The notes under the pieces: model-generated
What the model saw: only the letters and a program-made list of their open reading frames with translations
The model's database searches: none
Told to the model about the DNA's origin: nothing
Program-made: the position numbers and the translations under genes
Shown here: in pieces, positions 1 through 10,097 of the stretch
Numbering within the stretch: position 1 is the first letter of the stretch
Layout: each line of letters begins with the position of its first letter
Origin: Folioceros fuciformis
Taxonomy: Eukaryota
DNA length: 41,120 nt
NCBI GenBank assembly: GCA_049999805.1
Contig: JBNGIO010004459.1
Span: forward strand, 1-41,120
Direction: 5' to 3'

Positions 1-483
1 TTTGATCAACTTGGATACGAAGAAACATTGCAAGACCACTTTGTCGACAGTAAAAGCGGAGATAAATTTCAATGTATAGGAGAAACATTTAGTATTGATG
101 ATGAAAAAGTTTATACACCTCTTATTTCCCGAGCTGTGGAAGATGCAGCACAGACTTCTTTCAATCGTTTTCCAAACAGACTCGAAAGCCTTCCCTATGA
201 AGCTAGCTTTATGGATGCAAATTCTAATTTGATTGAATATAAAAGTAATTGCTTTCTACACATTCCAGTGTATGATCCTGCTAACCCGAATATTGAGGTA
301 GACGGTGTTAATCCGATGTTTACTTCTTACTTATGTAAAAGATGTCTTAGGTTTGCAGCGTACGACCTCAACATCGGTCCAAGGGCATTATGTAGGAGTT
401 CATTGGGTGCAGTGGTGTTATCAAAGAGTCATTGCTTGTTTGCTTATCAAATCAACAAATCCATAGATAAAATATTAAGTTGA
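1..483 (+). CDS. Unassigned AT-rich ORF, open from the window edge (partial, >=160 codons)
   Basis: Frame 1 is open from base 1 to TGA at 481-483 in AT-rich DNA, where stops should be frequent. No intron signals and no family motif recognised. Confidence 0.35.
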   Translation, partial: FDQLGYEETLQDHFVDSKSGDKFQCIGETFSIDDEKVYTPLISRAVEDAAQTSFNRFPNRLESLPYEASFMDANSNLIEYKSNCFLHIPVYDPANPNIEVDGVNPMFTSYLCKRCLRFAAYDLNIGPRALCRSSLGAVVLSKSHCLFAYQINKSIDKILS

Positions 484-576
484 TTTGTGATTAAGAATAA
501 CTTTTATAAGAAGTAATTCATTTTTATTTTATTTTAATAGCCTTCTTTTGATAGCAGCTATTCACTGCCGTACAAA

Positions 577-750
577 GAGTGTTGGCAAATGATGTTTATT
601 GAATGATTGCATATCGTATTTACATAATGATTGTGATTGCGAATGTTGTTTGCAGAATGATTGTGAATGCTGTTTATAAAATGATTGCGAATGTTGTTTA
701 GAGAATGATTGTGAATGTTTTATATAGAACGATTGCGAATGCTGTTTACA
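577..750. repeat. 24-bp tandem repeat (consensus ~GAATGATTGCGAATGTTGTTTACA), >=6 copies, runs into the gap
   Basis: Units start at 601, 625 (with a 6-nt insertion), 655, 679, 703 and 727, with a degenerate unit at 577. The minus strand reads (C/Y/S)KQHSQSF repeats. Confidence 0.9.
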
Positions 751-850
751 NNNNNNNNNNNNNNNNNNNNNNNNNNNNNNNNNNNNNNNNNNNNNNNNNN
801 NNNNNNNNNNNNNNNNNNNNNNNNNNNNNNNNNNNNNNNNNNNNNNNNNN
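751..850. other. Assembly gap (100 N)
   Basis: Run of exactly 100 N next to a tandem repeat. Confidence 0.99.
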
Positions 851-1792
851 GCTTTGTACATGGTGGGCTTGGCATTAATCCTCTTTGACCTAGTGGTCTT
901 TGTGTTTTTTTGTCCTCATTCTCAAGGCCCATAGATTTTCCTATCTTGTTTTTCAATAAAGTCTACACAATGCATTTAAGAAAGTAAAAGCTTCTAGGAT
1001 TGGTCATGCACAAAGAAGGTTGAACTATTGGACATCGGCAAGCTTGGCGTTGGTTTGTACATATGACTACTTATATTTTATATATTAATCAGATTTAATA
1101 TGAATGGTATGTTTTAAAATGAATATGATAATATATTTAATCCACTTGACTGTAGGCTACGCCAACGGTGGGTGGTACCCTGGCGTCACATGGGAATCTT
1201 TGGCAACAAAAATGGTGAGTCAAATAAGCCAAACTGGAGGCGGGATTATTAAATACAGGATCTGTACGGGGGGAATATAAGGTGGAGAAAAGTACAAAGA
1301 TGATAAAATGGTTGATTGGTACCAGAGATGCAGAGAAAAATATTGTGGGGTGTGGCATTGGTAGCGCAATTTGAGGCACAAGTGGCGGGAAGACTGCGAA
1401 GTTTCATGTTCCTGAACCCTAGTACAAGGGAAAGCCTTCCAAAACGGCAAGTAGTCCAAAGCCCCGAGAAGCCACAGCAAGGCTCCAATGGAGGCACGGC
1501 AAGAGCAAATTACCAAGCTGTAGCGAGCAGGCAGCAAGCACCATTCAGCGGCTGCAGATCTGCGCGATGCGGATGTGGTGAAGGAGCCGGCTGCCGCCTC
1601 CTGCTCCGTGCATGCAGAGGAGCCATTTGGTGGTGGAATCTGTGTGAATCCGGGGGTGGAGGAGGTCGAATTGTGCCCCATTCCCCTCAGAATGGGGGGA
1701 TGGAGGGGTCTGGAGAGGAAAGATTGAAGGGAGGAGAGGCAGGAGGAGGAGAAGGAGGAGAAGGAGAGGGAGAAGGAGCGGGGGGGAGCAGG

Positions 1793-2338
1793 ATGTCGGA
1801 GATGGTGGCACGCACAGGGCGCCACCAGCAGCGGTATGAAGATGGATACCGTCTTGTGGCAGGTTGCATACCGTATCGGTACAAAGGCGGGGAGGGAGAC
1901 GGGGAGGGCGTGGAGGCGGAGGTGGAGGAGAGAGTGGAGGTGTTGATGATCACGTCGCAGCACGGGCAGAAGCTGGTGTTCCCCAAGGGCGGCTGGGAGA
2001 CGGACGAGACGATGGAGCAGGCGGCGTGCCGAGAGGCGTTCGAGGAGGCCGGGGTGCGGGGGCTTTTGCATGGGAATCTGGGAACGTGGGATTTCAAGAG
2101 CAAGCACCAGCAAGGGGTGTTTTGTCCCGAGGGACTATGCCGAGCGCGCATGTTCCCGCTGGCGGTCACGGAGGAGCTGGATTTGTGGCCCGAGCATCAC
2201 CTGCGGAGAAGGCAATGGTTTTCGGTGCAGGAAGCGATAGTGCACTGCCGGCACGAGTGGATGCGTGGGGCGCTGGAGAAGTGCATTGCGTACTTGAGCA
2301 GCAAGTCGGCGCCCTTGCCGTCGTCCTCTAGCCTGTGA
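1793..2338 (+). CDS. Nudix hydrolase, plant NUDT12/13/16-type (DIPP-like), 181 aa, single coding exon
   Basis: N-terminus MSEMVARTGRHQQRYEDGYRLVAGCIPYRY is typical of this subfamily. Intact Nudix box GGWETDETMEQAACREAFEEAGV. Conserved EGLCRARMFPLAVTEELDLWPE and CRHEWM follow. True start is ATG 1793, not the ORF-track start at 1316. Confidence 0.93.
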   Translation: MSEMVARTGRHQQRYEDGYRLVAGCIPYRYKGGEGDGEGVEAEVEERVEVLMITSQHGQKLVFPKGGWETDETMEQAACREAFEEAGVRGLLHGNLGTWDFKSKHQQGVFCPEGLCRARMFPLAVTEELDLWPEHHLRRRQWFSVQEAIVHCRHEWMRGALEKCIAYLSSKSAPLPSSSSL

Positions 2339-3155
2339 GGCTGGAGGATTCGAGTGTGATTCACTTAGGTTTAGGGTTTATGGGGAGGGAAGGAGGGATG
2401 TTGGTTGGTAGGTGGCGCGCAGCATGCTGCTGCTGCTTCTTGCGCAGATCGACTCTGCAAATTCGAGTATTCGCAGGCAAAGCAATTAGTCTTGCCTGGT
2501 CTGGTCACTTGCATGCATCCGATTTTTGTAGCTGCCGATTCTTATGTTGTTGAAGGGACTGGTCACTTTGATGGAACCATCCTAGGCTGTAGACGATCCA
2601 TTCATTGCCGGTAGGTGAGGGGACTGGATCTTCCCATGTATTTCTAAGAGTCCTATGGAGTCACTCAAGCCCTGCCAACTTCTCTTCAGGCTTTTTGTTT
2701 TCTTGATGACCTCTGACTACTTTGTTCGTGGTGATGTGGTGCATCAAAGGTTGCTTGCACAGCCCAGGACTTAGTGTTGCCACTCCTGGAAGTTCCAGAT
2801 GTCGTTGGATCCTCCTTGTCTTGTCCCTTTCGGCTCGTCCTGTGTGGTTGTGTTGCGGTTGGAGTGTGTTGTTCTGAAGTGCTGGCACGGGAATGGCTGG
2901 AATTCTTCGATTCTCGCAAATTGCTATAGAAGAGAATCTCTTACTAAAAGATTCATTGGGTCCAGGCTCCGTACGGCAACGTACCATGTGTGAGAGTTGC
3001 TTAGGTTGGTGTGGCTCACCATTATTCTCCTTCTCGGTTTCGTGGCTGAAAAGTTATAAGACATTCCGGTGCCGGAAAACATTCCTTGACGAATAGGGTA
3101 CCGTCTTGGGGCCCATCTTCCTTGTGCTGCACTTGCTTCCTGCGTGATGAGACGC

Positions 3156-3365
3156 AGGACAATGCTGAGGTCAGTTGGCAACTAGCAGAAGCAACGCCGA
3201 TTGCCACTTGAAGCAATGCTGAGTTTACAAGCTTCCCCTAGTCAATTCTGAGTGCAGGGGGAATCTATGTGACTGTTTGCTGCACATGGCGCAGACAGAT
3301 CTACTGCAGAATCCATGTTCCCGGAGGGCCGTCCTTCATGTCCACTATGTTCAGGACACAAGGTA
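3156..3365 (+). repeat. Diverged ~200-bp direct repeat, copy A (copy B at 4765-4959)
   Basis: Shared blocks in the same order: AGGACAATGCTGAG, AGAAGCAA, GTGCAGGnGGAATCTAT, ACATGGCnCAG, ATCTACTGCAGAATCC, GTCCTTCA, GGACnCAnGGTA. Confidence 0.8.
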
Positions 3366-3674
3366 TAGAAGGCGGGGCAGAACCAATCAGCCATTTTCAT
3401 ACGCTACTAGGGTGGATTATGTGGGACACAGCTCTCTGGCCCTGTGACACGGTGAATTCCATCCCATGGTATGTTCTTCTCTTTCTTATCCTATCCTATA
3501 TGCTGTTGCTATTTCCATCGTCAGGATCTGGACTCCGGAACCTACTGTATGCGTTTGAGGGTTATTTTATGGTCTTGAGTGCCGGATAGAACGGTATCTA
3601 CTCTAGAATAGGAAACATTTCACAAACTCCTGGAGGACTTATAATAGAAGGACGTAGAACACGACTAGGTGCCT

Positions 3675-3932
3675 ACAGCCCAATCCATTCTTGGCGCTTG
3701 CCATATGTAGCCCAATCCAATCTCTTGGTTTGCTATGTGTAGCCTAATCCATTCTCTTTGCTTGCTACGTGTAGCCTAATCCATTCTTTTTTGCTTGCTT
3801 TATGTAGCCTAATCCATTCTTTTTTGCTTGCTTTATGTAGGCTAATCCGTTCGTTTTGCTTGCCATACGTAGCCTAATCCTGTCGTTTTGCTTGCTACAT
3901 GTAGCCTAATCCGTTCTCTGCGCTCGATACAT
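3675..3932. repeat. Minisatellite, 32-33 bp unit (GTAGCCTAATCCATTCTCTTTGCTTGCTACGT-like), ~8 copies
   Basis: Units start at about 3675, 3707, 3739, 3771, 3804, 3837, 3869 and 3901, head-to-tail with no unique spacers. Confidence 0.92.
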
Positions 3933-4227
3933 AGTATGTACGTAACCGAGTCCATCCTTGAAGGGTGCTTAACTTAAGGCTGTAGAAGTTATCCTCTTTC
4001 CTTGTCTCCCTCCCACAAACCTGGAAGGTTTTTCTTTCCTTTTCTTCGTCTACCCAATCATCAGGTTTGTGGGAGCTAGAAAGCAAGCTCCCCGATCCAT
4101 GTGGGCAATTTCTAAGTTGGGGTCGTCCGTGCTGGTTTTTTCATTTTTGTCCCCATGAAAAGCCCTGTAAATCGTGGAAGACTCGATCGTGCCGAGAGAG
4201 CGCCGTCGGGTCTTTGTCTGAGAGGAA

Positions 4228-4720
4228 ATGGTGACGAGGAAGGAGAATGTGGATGCGGCGGCAGCAGCGGCAGACAGGATCAAGGCACCAGCAGCAGCAG
4301 CAGCGGAACGGGCAGCAGCAGCAGCTCGGTATGTGAACGCGCATGGGCAGAAGGAAGAGGGTCCGGGCCGATGGCAAGAACGCAGAGAAGCCAAGCGGCA
4401 GATGTATCTCATGAGCACGGAGAAGGCGGTGAAACCGGGTGTGAGAGAAGACGTGAAGTCTGTGAAGGGAGGGGAAGGTGGGGCACAGCACAGAATGGTG
4501 TGCCAGAAATGCTGCCAACCAGGTCACTGGACTCACGAGTGTAAGAATGAGAGAGTGTACATGTCACGCCCTTCTAGGACGCACCAGCTGAAAACCCTAA
4601 GATCCTGCTGTGGATGATGACCTACCCGAGGACTTGCAACCGAGGACTACAGAACAGAGGAACGAAGAAGAAGGGGACGAGGAGGAGAGGGTGAAGAGGA
4701 AGAGGAAACGCAGGCACTAG
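4228..4720 (+). pseudogene. ZCCHC10-like zinc-knuckle gene copy, frameshifted and truncated
   Basis: GQKEEGPGRWQERREAKRQMYLMSTEKAV and CQKCCQPGHWTHECKNERVYMSRPSRT match plant ZCCHC10-type proteins. The expected QLKNPK reads CAGCTGAAAACCCTAAG (one A short), giving a stop at 4615-4617. An acidic/basic tail (AVDDDLPEDL...EEERVKRKRKRRH*) survives in another frame to 4720. Confidence 0.7.
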
Positions 4721-4764
4721 GATGGGAGGTGTGTAATAGAATGCTCGAATGACTGCAGCACGGG

Positions 4765-4959
4765 AGGACAATGCTGAGATCACATAGCCAGCAGTAGAAG
4801 CAAGAGAGCAGAGCCAAACAGATTTGCCAGGCTTTTCCACAGTCAAATTGGGTGCAGGCGGAATCTATTGACGTCCCTGTCACTGGACGCTGAACATGGC
4901 CCAGGCAATCTACTGCAGAATCCGGAGTCCTTCAACGTGCATATTCCGGACGCATGGTA
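4765..4959 (+). repeat. Diverged ~200-bp direct repeat, copy B
   Basis: Collinear blocks shared with 3156-3365. Confidence 0.8.
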
Positions 4960-5801
4960 GGTTTCTTGTATACGAGTTCTGCTAAATGGCAAAGAATTAT
5001 GCCCAACAATTTTGTTCACCACAAAACTGCAGACTGTACAGCAGATCTTAAAAGCTTCATGCAGTCACTTAAGCAAGGGAAACAAATCAGCAACAAGCAC
5101 ATCCTTGTGTATGCAATAGATGCACCTCGCAGTGTGAAGGAAAGATGCAGCAACAACATAAGATACATCCCTGGCTCAGAAAGATGGCAGCGGTAGAGAC
5201 GGATACATCCCTGCCTCAAATCGAGGAGGGATGCACCCGCAGCACAAGATGCATCCTTCACTCAAGATGCATCAGCAAGTAGCTATTGTGTCCAAACACA
5301 AGTCCAGAGATGAGAAGTATTCGGTGGGAAGGAGCTGCTCCTTCCCTGCTTCTTCAGATCTATGTTAGCTCAACATTAGCAGACCTCTGATATACCTCCT
5401 AATGCCTCATATATCTAGCTAGATATATATGAAAGAATGTTCATAATCCTGTCGTGCTGACGCACCCAGCCCTCAGCAGATGCGACAGCAAAGACCTTGC
5501 AAGAGCAGAGCGTGATCAATCTAGGTATGTGTTATGTTACACTTGATTCTCAAACTGCTCCACACGCGGCCATGTCATCCGGCAGGAAGGCCCTGTCTCT
5601 TCATTTGGAGGCCCAGCATGTGGAACACAGATCAAGGATGCCCCACCCAGCTCAGAAGACCAAGGTGGGGAAGCGAGCAAGGAAGCCCCCTGGACATGAG
5701 GCTTATGGACCCACTCCACAAGCATCCTGCAACCAGGTCCAGCCCGGCTTATTTTCCGCAAGCCTGAGGAAAGCGTGATGTCATCTCCTGCCTGCACGCT
5801 G

Positions 5802-6630
5802 TCACGGCATGTAGAGCTTGTTGCCGCACTTGCATCTCCAGGCCTCGGGGTAGTACTCGGCCGGCAGCAGCGTCCCCGGCTGGATGGGCACATGCACAGG
5901 CCTGCAGGGAGTGCATCTCCCGCATTTGGAGCTGCATTTGGGCGGGGAGGAGCCGATCAGCTGCCGATCGGCATCGCTTCTATCGTCCCCGCCTACAGGG
6001 GCCTGCAATTCCCAATCCCATTCGTCAGCTCAGCCCCATGTCCGTGGTCCAGGATACCACGTGATCGAGTGCAATTTGGCCTCGATGCCATGTGAGCGTA
6101 ATGTGCTGGATTCATGCAATATGAGCATCGTATGTTGGGCTTACCTCCTGCATGACGCGGTGATGGTGGTGGGTCGTTGCCTCGCCGGTTTCTCGACTGG
6201 GGAGAACGACGCCTGCCAGGACATCACATGACATTCGGGAATCATGAGACTGAGACACGAACAAATTGGGTTGGACCTCTCTAAGACTTCCGGACTTGGG
6301 AAGACTTGAGTGCACGCAAGTCTTTCTGATCCACATACTTGCACGCAAAGCTTGTACAACATAAGCATGCATGGCATTGCAGATTTTCACAAACCAAGCA
6401 AGTACATGAGCTGAGAGAATTGAGAGAGGAAATTGTAGGATGCGCGCAATGAATGCAATGCGAGAATGGACTTGTGTGTGCGCGTGTGTGTGAAACTCAC
6501 CCAGAGTAGCGCGGCCGAGCACCAGGGGCGCTTGGAGGCTGACGAGCATCAAGAGAAATGCGAGGCAGTAGAAGAGCAATCCCAATCTGCAGACCCCGTT
6601 TATCCTCAGACTGACAGAGGCCGGCCCCAT
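5802..6630 (-). CDS. EPFL6: EPIDERMAL PATTERNING FACTOR-LIKE peptide, EPFL4/5/6 (CHALLAH) clade, ~132 aa; exons 6630-6501, 6212-6145, 6002-5802
   Basis: Hydrophobic signal peptide in exon 1 (LGLLFYCLAFLLMLVSLQAPLVLG). GT-AG introns with matching phases (1, 0). Mature six-Cys peptide GSSPPKCSSKCGRCTPCRPVHVPIQPG...EYYPEAWRCKCGNKLYMP is diagnostic of EPFL4-6. Exact orthologue within the clade is not resolvable. Confidence 0.93.
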
Positions 6631-7578
6631 TGCAGCGATGGGCTCCTCGATCGATTGCCGGATGCAGCTGCAAATGGCGATGGCGATGGCGATGCCTGCT
6701 TCTCCCCTCAGAAACGGAACGGATTCAAGCACCGTTTGTCGACACGCAGCGCATGTTGTGGTACCACGACCCTCATCCGATTCCAGGCACCGACTTTGTC
6801 AGAGAAAGTCAGACCCGAGAGACCGCTCTCCTCTTCCTCGGCCCAGGCCTGCTCAATTGATCCGCCCAGCTTGCACGCGAAGCCCGATCTGCAGGGTTTT
6901 GAAGGGGTTTTCAGAATTGGGTGCTATCGAGCTGCGTTGCTCCTGCTGCTGCTACCTTCGCTTCCAGAAAGCATCCTCCTCCCACCGAAAGCGGCCTCCG
7001 ACTGACTCCACACCAACCCGTTAAAGCCCACAAACCTCTTCAAGCTCAAGGCTCTCTTTCCTTCCTTCACTCTCCCTTCTTGACACTCCACCGATTCTTC
7101 AGCCGGGTTGAGCTTGCAAAACCCAACAGCAGCGGCATGCAAGCAAACCACCGAATTTGCTCCACCAAAGAGCAGAGCTGAAGAAGCAGCAAGCTGGAGG
7201 CTACGATATCACTCACCCTCTCCCATCTGCTATTCAGCGGACAACAATGCAGCTCCGAGAAGCCGCATTGCCTGGAGCCGGCTAGCGTGGAGGTCAAGCT
7301 AATTCTCTCTTGCTTAACAGCTCAAACCCAGCTTCGAATTGTGCCTCCCGAGCCGAGATACAGCTCTACCTCTCCGACAGCACACAAAGTCTGAGAGGCA
7401 GTCGCAGAAAGGAAAGGAGAGCCGCGCGAAGAGAGCCTTGGGAAGGCTGCAGCCAGCTAGGCTGTTGCAGGACACAAGAGGGCCGGGGCCGGGGCACAGA
7501 CAGGAGCCAGGGCGCTCAGGAGCGGCTGCCGCAGCTGAGAGGGAGAAGAAAGAGCAAAAGGCGGGTATTTGAAGGCAG

Positions 7579-7635
7579 CTGCTGCTACTGCTGGTGCTGC
7601 TGCTGGTGCTGGTGCTGCTGCTGCTGCTGCTGCTG
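7579..7635. repeat. Imperfect (CTG)n/(CAG)n microsatellite upstream of the EPFL gene
   Basis: About 19 CTG/GTG/CTA triplets seen directly. Confidence 0.9.
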
Positions 7636-9997
7636 GAGGCGGGACTCACACACACAGGCTTCTTGCTCGCTAAGGTAAGCTGAGGGAAGAGAAGAGAGGA
7701 GAAGAGAAGTGAAAGGACTGTGAAAGAGATAGAGTGGCGAAGCCAGCCGAGACAAGGACTTGGAGAAGCGAAGTCGAGAGAAGAGAAGGAAGGCAGCAGG
7801 AACAGAGAAGAACAGGAACAGAGAGCATGGCTGCGGGTGTGGCGATGGTGGCCTGGCCCTGGCTCCTGGGGGCTTTGAATCTCTCTCTCCCCTTTATGCT
7901 GTCTCCCGGGCAGCAGACAGTTTAGACGCTCTAATCATAGGCCTCACTTGCATCACCGGGCTCCGGGCCTAATCCACCTCTCTCTACAGTAAAGCTCGTG
8001 TCTGGGCTTGGGAGGCAGCCACAATCACCCACTCACCGCCACTCCATCATCACCTCCAAATGCATTTGCGATGCCTGCAAGTGCAGGCACCTGCCGCAGC
8101 AGCTGCACCAGCTGCACCAGGCATGAAATCTCCTTCTCCTAGCCTCCACGCTCTCCGCTCTCCAGTCTCTGCAGTCTCGCCTTAACCTTCACCTCGGTAT
8201 AACAACTCCGGATCCCACCCTCCAGATTTCGAAGCAGCCAGATAAGCAATCAAGCAAAGCAAGCAACAGCAGCAGCAACAACTGTTGCCACCAGTTTGCC
8301 TTTTGTCGATCCTACACGCAAACCGTGTATGTCATCAGTCAGAGCACGACGCCATGGCAAATGGCCACGACTGCGATTTGTGCGCGATTCAATGCATGAA
8401 GGGGCCGATGTGTCTCGCACTAGTGTTGCTGTTGCTAGACTAATACGCTCCTCATCCTTCTCATACATACATTCATACATGTGTACATCCACACGTCATG
8501 GACGATTTCACAAAACCAACTTCTGACGACGGCTGGAAGAACTCTGTTACAAACCCACTATCTCCTCGGCTTGCACGACCCACGTCTGAGGTGCCGCAGG
8601 CAAAGCTCCGGGGCGCTGGAGTCAAGGCTGGAGATTCTATCTCCGTCTTTTATGCCGACGATGATGAGTAACGACACTCGTAATAACGGGAGCGCATCGT
8701 CACAATCGCAAGAAGTTGATTGGAGTAAAGCTTATGCGCCTACAGTATGCTGTAGATTGGTTGGAATTGCCAGCATTAGGAATGAAAGAAATGGCGTGCT
8801 TGTAAATCCCAGTAGTTGGAGAGGATGATTCCGGATATGGGGAATAACTCCTCCATCCCATTCTGTGATCCTCGGGTCTCCCCATACTGTCCTCTGCTAT
8901 CTGCGTGAAATCATTCAAACCATGGTGGGTGACATCACACAAGACACCATCACTTCGGAAACGCAGAATTACTCCACTCTTCCACTGCGACCCCCAGCTC
9001 TTCCGAAGCTGGTGGAGTGTCCCCATCACAAAATACAACGAGAGATGGAGACGACCCACAAACGGCTACCATTCCCTCCCACTGGCCTGGACACAGGCTA
9101 CGGGGCAGTCCTTGTGAAGGAGGGCAGGAGGGGGAGAGATACTTCGCGTGCTTTCACTACGCGTCTGCATTGGGAGCGTCTACTCCATGCCATGACAAAA
9201 AAATTACTGAGAAGTAGAGATGCAGAGTCAGCTCACGGACCGAGATTCTCCATACATCGCCGTCTCCCTCCCCAGGAGGAGATAGTGCGTTGGTGCCAGA
9301 GGGACATGGGCCATGGCGCTGGCAGGTGGGCGATGCTTCCAACACAAGAACGGAACGGGCTAATCCCTGAGAAGAGAGGACGGGGGGAGCGGGGGGGCCG
9401 GGCCCAGGCCAGGCACAGGCCCGGCCGCACATGGACCCGTTCGAGCGATCCGCCTCCCGAGACGGGGACCCGGGCCCGGGCCTGGGCCCGGGGGGAGGAG
9501 GGAGAAGCAGGAGCTCCGCCTCCATCACGATCGGCCCCAATCAGGTAAGGGGTGGACGGATGTGAGATGCATTCAAGGGCGGGGTTAATGTATGCGGACA
9601 AGGCGGAGCGGGGAAGTGGGAATGCGATTTGGAGCATTTCGTGGTCGCAGGAGTCAGGACCCAGCATGGGCCAGCAAGTGCAGCAGCTTGAGCGGCAGCC
9701 GGAGCAGGAGTCGGAGACGCGGTGTAGGCTGGAATGGCGCGTCTCGAGTCCTGCACCTGCTGCTGACACGCCTGTCTGTCTGCCTGGCTCTGGCTCTGGC
9801 TCCTGGCGCGTCCAAGGACACACTCAGTTGTGACAGAAGCGAGAGAGAGCAGCAGCAGCAGGGGCAGAGACGGCGGGTCCCGCCCGGGCTGCTGTGCAGT
9901 GCAGTGCAGTGCCACGGTTCCTCCTCCTCCTCCTCCTCTGCTCCTTCTACCCCTGTTGCTGCTGCTGATGCATTCCAGGCCCACCCCCCCGGTCCTG

Positions 9998-10097
9998 NNN
10001 NNNNNNNNNNNNNNNNNNNNNNNNNNNNNNNNNNNNNNNNNNNNNNNNNNNNNNNNNNNNNNNNNNNNNNNNNNNNNNNNNNNNNNNNNNNNNNNNN
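9998..10097. other. Assembly gap (100 N)
   Basis: Run of 100 N inside low-complexity CCT/GCT sequence. Confidence 0.99.

Noticed and set aside
1316..1792. N-terminal extension of the Nudix ORF in the ORF track
   Set aside because: Starts at TTG and runs through GA-rich leader sequence; family homology begins at ATG 1793.
3675..3932. 32-bp repeats of CRISPR-like length
   Set aside because: Contiguous minisatellite without spacers.
4592..4600. AAACCCTAA telomere/telo-box motif (also near 2370, 13595, 22330)
   Set aside because: Isolated single copies, one inside coding-derived sequence; not a telomeric array.
9781..9790. TGCCTGGCTC matching the 5' half of miR160
   Set aside because: Only 10 nt match, inside a TGGCTC repeat, with no hairpin.
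9831..9997. miR156/miR535 precursor on the plus strand
   Set aside because: No complementary star arm for the miR-like 21-mer is visible; the nearby pairing (9850-9968) involves only CAG/CTG tracts. The adjacent gap leaves slight uncertainty.
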